Below are positions 27,001-39,030 of a stretch of DNA of 64,000 nucleotides, piece by piece. How positions within the stretch are numbered: the first letter of the stretch is position 1; every line of letters starts with the position of its first letter. A program made the position numbers and the translations under genes. A model generated the notes under the pieces. That model was not told the DNA's origin and did not search any database. It saw only the letters and a list, made by a program, of their open reading frames with translations. Origin of the DNA: Gnetum montanum (Eukaryota > Plantae > Gnetophyta); the NCBI GenBank assembly GCA_015680685.1, contig MNCI01002379.1, forward strand, positions 318,780 to 382,779, in the 5' to 3' direction.

Positions 27001-28876
27001 AGTTGGGAAGTCCAAGGCAAAGGTGAAGAGAAATGAATGCCCAAGGGAGTCTGCTCTAGACATGAGACCACAAAGAGCGAAGAAGATCCAGTTTGTACTG
27101 CCAATGCAAGGTAAGTATTTTATTTTGTTGTTATATATTTGCTTTTTGTTTTTTTTGGCTTATATGTTATTAAACATTCATGTGTGCTATGTCATACTAA
27201 CTCTAAGATTCTGATGTTATTCAAGGAAAAGTCCTGAGAGGGAGAGAGAAGCTTTGGCCCTAATGGTTGATCCTGAAGTGGTTGTCACGAGGTCAGAGGA
27301 AGAGGCAAAAGAAGGGGAAGAAATAATTGAGGAACCTCCTACCCCTCAAGAGGAGGATGTGACAAGCATCATGGGATCAAAGCTTGTGGAGGCTTTGTAT
27401 GCATTTAGGCATTCAAGTGATGAAAGATGTGTCTTTGATGGTTTCTTTGATGGATCTTTGCAACTTGGTGATCTGCCTAAGCTAACCAAAAAACGGCTTT
27501 TTGGTATGTTCCTTTTAGCTTAATCCATATTTTTGTATCTTTTAAATTTTATGAGTTTTTTTATTATTATCTTGATTCTCTTCAGCATCAGAAATAGATG
27601 CTAAGATTTCTGAGGCACATACATCCCAGGTAGAGGTATCAAGATCACAAGTCCCGATTGAGGTGACCTCCCCTACTTGTCCCACATCAACTAACCAACT
27701 AAGGCCATGGCCTAAGATGCCTAGTAAAATGGACTTTATCATAGGCATCGTTAATGATGTGGTCGCTCACCTACAATAGACTCATCCAAATCTAGGTATA
27801 CGTATTTTACGTATTATGCTAAGTGTTTAGGTTTGTTGCATTTCTTTGCATTTATTTTTTTTATTATAGCTGATTCATGTGTGCGATGCTTACACCTACA
27901 AGAACCAAGCTCTAGTGGGATCCTTCTAAGGCTACCCATATTGATGCCCTCCCTGAATTACCTGAGAATATTGAGAAAGTCCCTAAAAATGTGTACGATG
28001 CAGTTTCTGGTTACGTTGTACAGAACGCTAAGTCACTTTGGACTTGTAGGCATTCAGTTGAGTATCTATGGAACGAGGTACACTCATCGAAGGAAGCACT
28101 AGCAAAGGAGAGAGAGGAGAAGAGGGATCTCCAATCCCGTTATGATTTTGCTATAACTAGGTTGTCTGGTGATAGCACCTAGTGCACATTTGAAATCACC
28201 TACGCACATTATTGGATAGCTTTGAATAGCAAAGTGTAGGCTACACGGTATTTAGCTGAGCAAAGGGCATAGATGGATTTGTTAAATAGGAAATTTCACG
28301 ATTGGAAATCCTTTGCTACTAAAGTACGCAAATGGGGCCAAGATCAAAAGGATCACAAGAATCAGTAAAAGAAATGGTTAAAGGATGAGTCAGTTGAACA
28401 TTGCCAAATGGAGATGTTTATTGCTGGGTTATGCTTACATCTTGCTTACAATAAATTTGTCTAATGCACCGAGGTGGAGGGATCTCCTGAGAGAACCATG
28501 AACACCACCTTCAGGGAGGTTTCAACAAGCATGTTCTCTCTTGAATGCCCTACCTTGACTTCGGTGGACAAGGGCAAAACCTTGGCTAGTATTGATCTTG
28601 GCCTAGAGGAGGATTGGGCAAATGTGCCCAAGGAAGAGATTCTACGGCGTTTGGAGGTTAGCTTAAGGCCTTCCTCATTTATTTTTGTATTTTTTTAGTG
28701 TTTTACATTGTTAGTGTTATTTTTTTTCCTAGTTTTGCATTCATGAGTTACTTTATTACTCTTACCTATATTTTTGTTTTTTGGCTCTGTTATAGAAACA
28801 TGTTAATGATGGAGCTGGCCCTAGTGGAGCAAGACCAGATGATGAAGAGGATCTTGGGGACCAACCCCCTTCATGA
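24040..28876 (+). pseudogene. Antisense multi-exon accessory gene of element B
   Basis: Exon 1 24040-24173 (AG|GTAGAT) joins in frame to exon 2 at 25162 (TAG|G GGA CCT AAA); downstream ORF pieces are collinear with the E copy; stop TGA 28874-28876. Confidence 0.82.
24300..24790 (+). repeat. Dense CAGCGTGAG-derived direct repeats in intron 1 of the B accessory gene
   Basis: Many gcagcgtgag/tagtgtgag/cagcatgag copies about every 25-30 bp. Confidence 0.8.
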
Positions 28877-29494
28877 ACTTACTGTTAATCGAGCTTTAGC
28901 TATTAAATGTTTTGGATTTTTGGATGTTTAATGGAAATTTATGATGGACAAATGTAATAACATGGATCTAATCATGGCATAATGTGTTGGAATTTTATTA
29001 CCATATTGATGTATCATTTTTTTTGTTTTATGTGTTTTCTCTTTTTATTTATTTTCTCAAGTATTATCTGTGAACATATGTATGTAGCTAAATGTAAAAT
29101 GAGGGAACAAAACAGAAATACAATATTTGTAAAAGAGGAAAGTAATGAGAAGGCATGAATTGAAATTGTAACTTGTAATTTATAAATGAACATTAAATGT
29201 AACGTAACAAGAGTTTGTGGATTTGTACAAGCTGAGCTCTAATTTAAAGCCTTTTCGAGTTGTGCACATTAGTTTAAAGTCATGATGGATTGTCATATTC
29301 ATGTTAAAGGAAGAGGTTTTACTAGTTTTAATCCATAGTGGGCCAAAAGCAGTAATAGTTTTAGGGAGCTTTAGAATAAACCGGTCATTTCTAACTGTGG
29401 CTAGTTTAACATCATTGTAGACGTTCGCTGCTAGTTTAACATCGTATCAGATAGTTGGTAGTTTAACATCATTTTAGATGCATGGTAATTCTCC

Positions 29495-32400
29495 TTAATT
29501 ATTGAGTTGCCTTCTAATCCTTCATAATTTGACGTGAGGGGTTGGGCACGTAGCTATGATCTTATATTCACCTTCTCCTTCACTAAAGATATCGAAAGGT
29601 AATTCCGACTAAGAAACATCAATGGGAATGGCTCCTATGTTTGTGTTGTGTGGTGCTTCCTCAGTTTTAGTAGGACCATGAGTTAACATTTGGTTCATGT
29701 CTTGAAGTATGCTCATGGTTCTTTTTCTAGACTCATAAAACTCAATTTTTGAGCCTTGATTCGTTCCTAAGTGTGAGGAAGTAAGTGACATTATTGTATC
29801 CCCATGTATGATGATCTCATCGCCCTCGTAAGGTAGGTGGATATCTTGATGGATTGGTGAGGATACAGCTCCAAGTTGAGCTAGCCAAGGACATCCTAAA
29901 ATCAAATTGAACCTTGGCATTTCATCAACCACTATGAATTCAGCTGATGTGGGGAATTGGTCCCCTGCTATGAAATCCAAGGTAACCATACCTTTCACTA
30001 CGACATGGGAACCACTAAAGGATTTCAAGAAAGAAGTTGTCGTGGGCTGTATTTGTTCAGTAAGTTCTAGTTTTTCGATGACAAGAAAGGGTATTACGTT
30101 TGTCACCATGCCATCATTGACATGCACCCTATGTATCTTGAAATAATCGACTTGTATCATTATGAACATAGGGGCTGTAGTAACTTCCCCCATCTTCTCA
30201 TCTCATTTAATGTTATTAGTATGAAACTCTAGGGATGTGGTCTTTGACTCTTGCGATTGTGGGGACAATACCACATAAATGGATGGCTCATCTATGGGAA
30301 GGTCCTCACTAACAGGGATCGAAGTCAACATACGCACAAGTGCTTCTCAATGTACAGTTGAAGTCATTACTAGATCATATAGGCTTAAAGAAGTATTCTT
30401 TTGTTTCAAAGCCTGTGTGACTTGGGTCAATGCACTAGCTAGATCTTTACCATTTGGAACACCCTTATGTATGGAGACTTGGTCCATTTGACCTAGCATT
30501 CGTATTTATTGTGGAGGAATTTTTGTGTTGGTAATTAAGGACNCGGGTTGTGTGTCAGGGTGTTTTGGCACCTAGATCACAAAGGGAGTGGGCCGGTTTT
30601 TCAATGGTATGGTTGTCGTTGCAATAGAATGAGGTACGTGGATGATGAATGGCTTTTGTGATACAAGGGATGTGCGTATGATGAAAGGAGTTTGGGGAGA
30701 TGTTGGGGTAGGTGTATTTTCTGATGGCCTATGAATCACAAAATATTTTTGTGGGACGTCTTGTCCATTCTCCACATGGATAGTATTAATCACATATGGT
30801 GCATCATTGGTATTGAAAGGATCCTTGTAGTCCCCCATGGGTTGGTTTTAGGGTCTTACTAGGTTTTCCTCATCAAATACTATTTCCCCCTATCAATCAT
30901 GCGCTGGATATCCTATTTTAAGGTGAAACAATAGTCAGTTCCATGCCCACACCATTGGTGATATTCACAAAACCTATCCAACCTAAAGCCTCTTGGAATG
31001 GGGGGTTCATCAGCTATCTCTAAGGTTGGGTTCTTAGCTAACTCATAGAATCGATCATGTTTTTGAGACATTGCAAGAGACATTTGTTTATGTTTGATTA
31101 ATCCGGCCTTTAAAAGTTGATCAAGAAATTGTGAAGGATTCATAGTCAAGGGTGTATATTGGGTAGGATCCTTTCATTCAAATGTACGAGTGTGACCCAT
31201 GTTGGTATTTCTATTTGATGAGGATTTGGGTGTAGGCACTAGTTTTTTTCTTTCATGACCAATTGGTGCAACAACTTGTTTTCCTTTTTGTCCTGGATGG
31301 TTAGTTTGGGTTGTCTCTGCCACCGCTACTACTATCGTTTTGGATTTATCTTTATCTTTCCTCATATGTTGGCTCCTAAAGGCCAAGTAGGCTAGATTGT
31401 TACTTGTTTGCACTACCTCTTCTATCTTCTTAATTTTCACAAATGCTTGACTTAAGGTACAGGCATTCAAATAATAAAGTTTCAATTTAATAAAGTCATT
31501 CACAGGCATTTTAAGGATGGTAAGTAGATATGTCTCAGAAATGGGCTTGTGAAGTTCACTCAAGGCTATACTCCACCTCTGGATAAATTTCTACACTAGC
31601 TCTAATGGCACTTGTTTAATCTAAATCAAGCTATCTAGTGTGGCTTCAGGCTTTAAATAATATTTAAAACGGGTGACAAACTAGTGCAACAAATCTTCTG
31701 GAGAAGATATGGAGCTACGGGGTAAAGCTCAGTACCAGTCTAATGCTTTTCCCATTAAGGACATAGAAAACACACGTAGAATTACATGAGGCCATGCTTG
31801 AAGCAATAGAAATTTAGTTCGAAATGTTACTAAATGGGCATTTGGATCTCTCTCTCCATTGTACTTGGTTAGCTGGGGTAATGAGACTTCCTTTGGCAAG
31901 GTAGTGGAACTGAGGGGTTGATTGGATCATCTTGGTAGAAGTCCAATACCTTAATTTCCTCAGTGTTCACAGTTTTAAGGTGCTTTAACTCCTCAATTAA
32001 TGAGTGCATCATTTTTTTTGTGTCTGCCAAATCTTGGGCGGTAGGTAGATCGGTTAATTGAGTGGGTTGTGACTGATAGTAATTCAATTGTTGTATCATT
32101 TGCAGAAAGGTAGACTATTGGATTTTCGATTATTGTGGTGGAGTGACATTCAGAGATGGGACCACTAGGTGTGGTACACTATGGTGAGTGGACTGGTGCT
32201 ACTAAACAACTGGTTGAACCCACTGCCCAAGCACAATTTGCGATGTAACACCCTGAACGTGTTGGGCTAAGGTAATTAATGATGCTCCATGGATTTGCAC
32301 TTTTGGTATGTAATGGATGCATGTAGATGCTGGTATGACAGATGACATCCCAATTACCTGAGGGTGGATAATTGAACCTACATTAGTTTGGGAGGGAGTT

Positions 32401-32949
32401 TTTGTGACTGTACTTGCGGAGGTATGATGGAAATGGACATATCAAATTGAATGCTAATCCTAGAGAAGATGGGGATGGAAGTGGGCACTTCTTGTAGAAA
32501 GGCCAGTGGTTGAGCATTCGCAAATAAAGGTGGAAGTACGTCTCTTCTAGGAAAGGTTGGAATAATGAGTTTGTATGGGCATGGGGACTAACAGTATGGT
32601 ATGAATCTCCATGCTCAGATTAGGCTACAAATTCATCTTCCTAATCTCCACCCTGAGTCTCTATCGGAGGTGGTTGTAAGGCTTAAATTCTTGCCATAAG
32701 GAGCTAGGATATGAGTCGATGATGGTGTTTGGAAAGAGGGATTATATTAAATACTGATGGAGTGAACTCAAGACCCCCTTTGTAAATAAGTTCATAGCCT
32801 TGCTTCACTTCTCTCTCTACAAGATCGATAGGCAAGTTGGCTTGGATCTTGACACAGATGAAGTCATACTGTTCTAGTGTGAGAGTTTCATAAGTAGGGT
32901 CTTTGCCCTGTAGCCTGAGTGATTTGCGCATAGGGCCTTGGGGGTTCAT
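29495..32949 (-). pseudogene. gag: gag-protease of element B, ending at its own stop
   Basis: Gag core, FCEYHQWCGHGTDYC knuckle, protease (IHRVHVNDG...NLILGCPWL); ends RIRRQLNN*. Confidence 0.88.
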
Positions 32950-33084
32950 CTATTCAATAATGGTTATGGGTTCCATAGCAGTCACAGGGTTCGAGGTTTC
33001 AGCTCCAAAGTCAGAAATCGACATCGTCACTAGGTTGATTTGGGAGGACTCCATACTGCACGTGAATAAACTAGGCTAGAAGAG

Positions 33085-33185
33085 TTGAGTGTGAGTAGCT
33101 ACAACATGAGTACCTAGAGTGTGAGTAGCTGCAGCGTGAGTACCTACAACGTGATTAGCTGCAACGTGAGTACCTACAACATGAG
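33085..33185. repeat. 15-bp tandem (CAGCGTGAGTAGCTG-like) in the 5' UTR of B
   Basis: gcagcgtgagtacctacaacgtgattagctgcaacgtgagtacc. Confidence 0.85.
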
Positions 33186-33312
33186 GTATCTGGGGATAGG
33201 GTGGGTAAGTCAAGCTGGCGTGTGTAAGCTAGCTGGACAAGATGGGCTTTAGTCTTAGCACTTTGTTTGGATAGGTAACGTGATCAATGTTTTGATGGAT
33301 AGTAAACAAGTC

Positions 33313-33331
33313 AGCCCTCCTTCTAGCATCA
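33313..33331 (-). promoter_or_regulatory. Primer-binding site of element B (tRNA-Asn type)
   Basis: Plus-strand agccctccttctagcatca resembles the tRNA-Asn 3' end ...CCCTCCTTCTAGCGCCA; 6 nt from the LTR. Confidence 0.8.
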
Positions 33332-33337
33332 ATTTAC

Positions 33338-34968
33338 TGCACTGACCGAAATCATTGATGTAACGGTAGAAGGGAAAAAAAACATCGACAGATCGTCAAA
33401 CAGACACAGTTGACTCTACCTTTGCTTGAGGACAAACTGGAAAAGGAAACAAAGGTAGAGTTCCTTGGATGGTCTGCACACAAATCAACCAAGGACTTCC
33501 CCTAGCGTAAACTATGGCTTGCACTGCAGTTATCACAACTAATGATGTAGGAATTTGTAAACAGAAATGTAAAAAATGCAAACAGAGTGTATACAGAATA
33601 GTATTGCAAACAAAACATAAACTGAATGTCAAATAGAGTAAACAATATATTGGTTAGAAAGGATGTGCACCGCTCAAAGCATAGTTGCATGTGTGGATGG
33701 AAAGTCAAGCGCCAAGCCCCAGGATGATGTGTTTCAGAAGTGCTTGAATGCTAGGAATTACGTGTGTCTGAGCATCCAAAGTTGCTGGTTACTACTTCCT
33801 AGGCCATCAACCTTCAAAATTTCCAACCCTGTTTATGTGAATTGATAGGGTATTTATAGGGTTTAGCTAGGCTTAGACATAGAATTCATGGATGGAATCA
33901 ACGGTCGAGAGATGAGAAGAAAATGAATTGAGTGACACATGTCTGATGGATAGCTGTGTAAGTGTTGGATGTGTGTGGGCAAGCTACGTTTTTCACCAGG
34001 TGCATTGTATCTTATAGCATGTGTTGGCTTACTCAAGCTAGCTTACGCTCATAGAAGCACATACAATTTAAAGCGTAAGAGCTTGACAAGCCCATAAGTG
34101 ATGAAAATTTGCAATGAAAATGATAATGCACAACAAGAGAATTTGACTCTAGCTCACTTGAATCTTCTTGATCTTTGAATTGACTGCTACAGGATGTCAA
34201 TTTGAGTGGCTTTGTGGCTCTTTGAGGTGTCTTTTCCTGACTAGGACTTCCAGCATGAGTTGATTTTATCTTGGCATGTCCTTAGCATGCTCACACTACA
34301 CTCACGCTACACTCATGCTACACTCACGCTGCCAGTGTGACCTTAGCATGACCTTAGCATGAGTGAGCCAAAATGACACATTTTGCACCAAATTTTGAAC
34401 TCTAAAGCCTGTTTTTGCTATTGTCTGACTATGTTGACCTTGAGAGTGATCTACAAGTCAAAAATTGAGCTTCATGCATCTTTTTTTAGACCATTTTGGG
34501 TAGCTCAAACTGGACTCATGCTACTAGCATGAGTGTAGTGTGACCACAGCGTGAGCTATAAAACTTGTAATTTTGGACTGAAAATTGGAATTCTGGAGGC
34601 TGGGACTTGAACATGTTAGCAATCAACCCTAAGGATGACTTGCACCTTGGAATCAAATCATTTTAACTCAATTTCTAGGCTCTCAGAGTTGCTCACATTG
34701 CACTCATGCTACTAGCATGACCTCAACATGAGTAACAGCATGAGTGTGAAAATGTGAACAATTTGTCTCAAAATTTGAATTCCTGAATGCTGAAACTAGC
34801 AGGACCATTTTTGACTTGATTTTGAAGCTTATGGAGTTGCTCACGCTAAGGGTAAGGTAGCTTGACAGCATGAGTTCTGTGTCTTAGTCAAATTTTACCT
34901 CCCGAATGCTTGAAAGAACTTAAGTCATTCTTGTTTCAAAGTGTTAGGCCAAAAGTAGTGGTGTTTCA
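33338..34968 (-). repeat. 5' LTR of element B (1631 bp)
   Basis: Aligns with 16710-18298; TATAAATA on minus at 33851-33858; flanked by PBS and TSD. Confidence 0.93.
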
Positions 34969-34973
34969 CATCT

Positions 34974-37900
34974 CATTACAATGAAGCATTTTAGGATGGA
35001 TAGGAAGACCTGGACTCCCACTCCGAAAGTGGTGGCCAGACCTATGCTATAGTTATCCCTTCCACCATTGTCTTTTGGTCGAACCTGCTCTTTTCATCTA
35101 CCCCCTTCATGGTTACCACAACCCCACCACAACCTACACCTTTGTCAGCCATGGGTAGCCATCTCATACATTCAACATACCAGAAAGTGGACCCTTTAAC
35201 TTCTTTCCCAGTCACCCTTCCTTCTTAGTCTACCTTGACATTATACCCAACATCAGTCACAACTACACTGCCATACATCCACACTCTTCCCATGTCACAG
35301 TCGCATGCAAACTTCATCTCTAGCCCCTCGTCTGTGCCTATTCCACCACTAGGAGCAGACCCAGCCTCAACCATGCGGTGGGCACCAACTACTTCTTTCC
35401 CTACTGCGCAACCTTCTCTAATATAGCACTACATGCAACCCTATGCACACTAGCTTCTGCACATAGTATAGTCGAACACAGGGTTGTGGGCTACCCTGCC
35501 AATAGGTCAAGTTACCAACCCCACAGTGCCACCAGTGACTGCAGCCCCAACAGCACCACCCACTGGGTGGTGGACTACTTAGGCAACACCATTTGTAGGA
35601 GTAGCCCCAACAACACCCCCAATGGGCTAGACCGCTGCCCTTACAATGCCACCAATGATGCCTGATCAGGAAAGCTTGCAATCATTTGCAATGTTCCCAT
35701 GTCTAGATCAAGCTTTTCAACTTATCTAGACCCTCACTAAGGAAATTAAATGCCTCAAAGCTATTGGTTCTGACACGATACAGGTCATGGATTTTTACCA
35801 TGATGACCCCATCAACTCATCCATCCCCATGCTTACGTTGCCTCCTGGGGTGCCACTTCCTCAAATCAAAAAATACAATAGGGAGGGCGATCCCAATTCA
35901 CATTTGATAACATTTAGATCTAAATCTCTACTATTGCAACAACAGCCACACACCATCATCCATGTCTTTTCCATGTCTCTAATAGGCAAAGCTCTAGACT
36001 GGTACCAAGTGCTCCCACATGCCTCCATCTCAATCTTGGAGGAGCTGTTGAGTCAGTTCGTGACCTACTTCAAGTATAACTTGAAACCAAAGGTCACACT
36101 AGACTGACTAATGAGTGTCAAACAGGACCCACTAGAATTTGTACAAAGGTTCATATAGCAGTGGAGCACCACCTTAAACGAGATACGTGAGCCGATCATT
36201 AAGGCTCACATATTAGCCATTTTCAAGGGAGTAGTAAATGACTTCATCAAGTCTAAGCTCTATTACCTAGCTCTACGTTCCCTTAGCCAAGCCTTTGCTC
36301 AAACCAAGAGCATTTAGGATGCAACTGAGGCTAGAAAATACCTAGCTTATGTCATGTACAAAAACGTACACCTTAAGAAAGACAAAGAGAAGGGCAATAA
36401 TGCAATAGCCATAGTGGCTGTTGTGGCCAACAAGGCCAAGCCTGACAATAGCAACAACAAAAAGGCAGCCACATAACCTGCTAACACCACATCTAGCTCA
36501 AGTAACACCAGTCAACCCTTAACATTAGCACCTAAGGCATCAACCTAGCCTAAGCCCAACTTCAAGTGCAAGGATCGCTCCAAATACACCCCTTTACCCA
36601 TTAAGCCTTTAGAACTTCTAAAGTAACTATTGGGAGCTAGGTATATATAACATAAATGGATATCGGAGGAAGCGATTAAACATCATCAATGCTACTGAGA
36701 ACTTCTTAGGGACCCCTCCATGGCCACGCCCAATGAGCTGCCAATTCCTAAGAACTTCAGGGTGGAACGGTTCTGTGATTACCATCAACTATGTGGTCAT
36801 GATACGGACTACTTTTAGCATTGAAAGAAAATATCCAATGCATGATCGATCAGGGCAAGTTGTTCTTGGACAAAATTAGCCCTGTTCGCCCTAAAAACTA
36901 GTCAATGCACATTTACAAGGACCTCCTGAATGCTAACAATGTAGGGTACATAATCAATGTTATTGGCATTGACAGCAACCCAGAACCACCACAGCAACCA
37001 TTCATGGTGTGTGTGCCTCACCATAACGTAGCAACCCCAACAACAACAAAAATCACATCACAACAATCGTTCATCCTCAAAGTTTCCTCTTAGACATCCA
37101 CCCCTACGCCCTTTGTGCTCAAAGTTGCACCATCGCATGCACCAGCACCACAGGCACCATTCGTCATTAAGGTGCCAAAACATTCAAGCACCTCTACTAC
37201 ACAAAGCCAAGCAACGAAAATGGCACCATAGCCTCCCCATTCAAAAAATGGGAAGAGGGTTGGGCAAACAAGATGGCCAAAGAATGCACCACCTTAGGTC
37301 CCTCCAAGCCTACTCCCTTGTCTTCAATGCCCGTGGCCCCATCATCATCAACAACCCATAATAATGCCACGCAGGCACAATCATCACCATCCCACCAGAG
37401 AAAGCATAGTCCTCAACTTGAAACTGCCCCTCCTTGGGAGATTCATCTCCTAGGATGAATGGAGGAGGAAATAGGTAACAAACAACAAGATAGCAAACAA
37501 GATCTTCTCAATGCCCTCACCCAAGTTAAATAGGCTTTGAAATAGAAAAGTACAACTCTGAGCCTATATGACTTGGTAATGACTTCCACCGTGCACCATG
37601 AGGCCATGGTTCACATGTTACCATCCATACCAGTTGACAAAAACATGCCAGTAGAGGAGAAAGAAATCCACATTGTCATGCTTCCCTCTACAGTTGAGGA
37701 ACCATGGCTAGCTCAGTTGACATTTCATGATAAGTCCATTAAGGATGACCCTAAAAATGGTTAGGTGACAACAATTTCCATGTTCATCATAATTCAAGTT
37801 GACCAATACAAGATCCAAAGGGTACACGTTGATACAAATGTCATTCCATTCCCCATAGTGGATAAACTAGGTTTGGTTGATCAAATCAAGCCCATGGCAA

Positions 37901-38403
37901 CCTCTTGCCTAAAATTGTTCAACGGAGTGTGGGTACTAGTAAAGGGAACTATCCACATCAACTTTGTGGTAGGGGAATAGTTCCCTACAAGTGCAATGTT
38001 CATCATGGTAGAAGAAATTCCTAGGTTCAACTTGATCTTGCAAATGTTATGGTTAGTCCAATTAAGAGTTTTCTCTTCACCCATACATCAAGAGATCCAC
38101 TTACCTTATGCGGGCAGGGAAGTGATGATCTACGGTGACGAAGTGGCTACCCAAGCAATAAACAACGTTGACATAGAGTAGGGCTCAAAGGTAGTAATCT
38201 CTAAAAACAAAGCATCTATTCTTAATGAAATTACTTGTTTGACTAATGAGCTGGCCAAAAATGCTGACTCAGACAAAGAAACTACATGGGCCAAGTTGCC
38301 TTCCCAGGAAGTAGACAATGCCATAAAAGAGTACCGTAACAAAGCCCCTTGGCCATATGCTTCACCTAGCCCACAATGGGTTAGAAAGAAACTACATAAT
38401 TAG
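34974..38403 (+). pseudogene. gag: Remainder of element C gag and protease
   Basis: KYNREGDPNSHL...GKALDWYQ, FCDYHQLCGHDTDY, IQRVHVD, FNLILQMLWL; ends WVRKKLHN*. Confidence 0.88.
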
Positions 38404-38679
38404 AGATTATCTCTGATTCAGATCCATAAACACTTGCCTTTGTTATCTCCTTTCGCCCTAATCTTAGCATTACATTTATTGTTTACATTATGTTCACTTT
38501 CGACACCACGTTTATAGTTGGCACCATGCTCATTTCTTTTGGCATTATAATCATTGTTTACATTATTTCAATTCTTTGCATCATGTCCATTGTTTACATT
38601 TGCATTGTGTCTACTATCTACATTTTTTCCACCATTTACATTATAGCTATTGATTGCATTAATCCCATTGCAGTGGCCC

Positions 38680-38860
38680 GAGATGGCCTTAAACTACCAT
38701 TTTGGCCTGCTAAGGCCTAAAAATGGCCACTCCATTTCTCCAAACAAAATAAAAAAAATATTTTATCATTAATCAATGGTCCAAATGGCCTTAAACTATT
38801 GTTGTGGCCGAAAATGGCCTTAAATTATTGTTGCAGCTTGAAATGGCCTAAAACTAAAAC
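38680..38860. repeat. Short ATGGCCTTAAACTA repeats after the C protease
   Basis: Four to five copies visible. Confidence 0.7.
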
Positions 38861-39030
38861 GAGAAGCTCCCAAGGGGCTTAAAAGGAAAAAGAATAAAAA
38901 ATAAATATAACACATTAACCAAAATGAAACAAATTCCTTCACATTATATCCTTCATTCAATGTCAATCAATAATGTTTACAAAAATTTTTTAAAACTCAA
39001 AGACAAGAATAAAAGTTTTGCTCTACTACA

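Larger units (their letters stand above)
16710..34968 (-). mobile_element. Element B: complete 18.26-kb Tat/Ogre-like LTR retrotransposon
   Basis: Paired TG...CA LTRs; TSD CATCT at 16705-16709 and 34969-34973; PBS, PPT, gag-PR and pol present. Confidence 0.95.

Noticed and set aside
24040-28876. Accessory gene as an env gene or a host gene
   Set aside because: The hydrophobic ORF stretches are T-rich intron read-through; the gene is antisense and lies within LTR-bounded elements at the same position each time
30530-30570. Apparent deletion in B gag relative to E
   Set aside because: Coincides with the n at 30543; the sequence is probably missing from the assembly
33313-33331. tRNA-like sequence
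   Set aside because: Only the 3'-terminal ~18 nt match; it is a primer-binding site, not a tRNA gene
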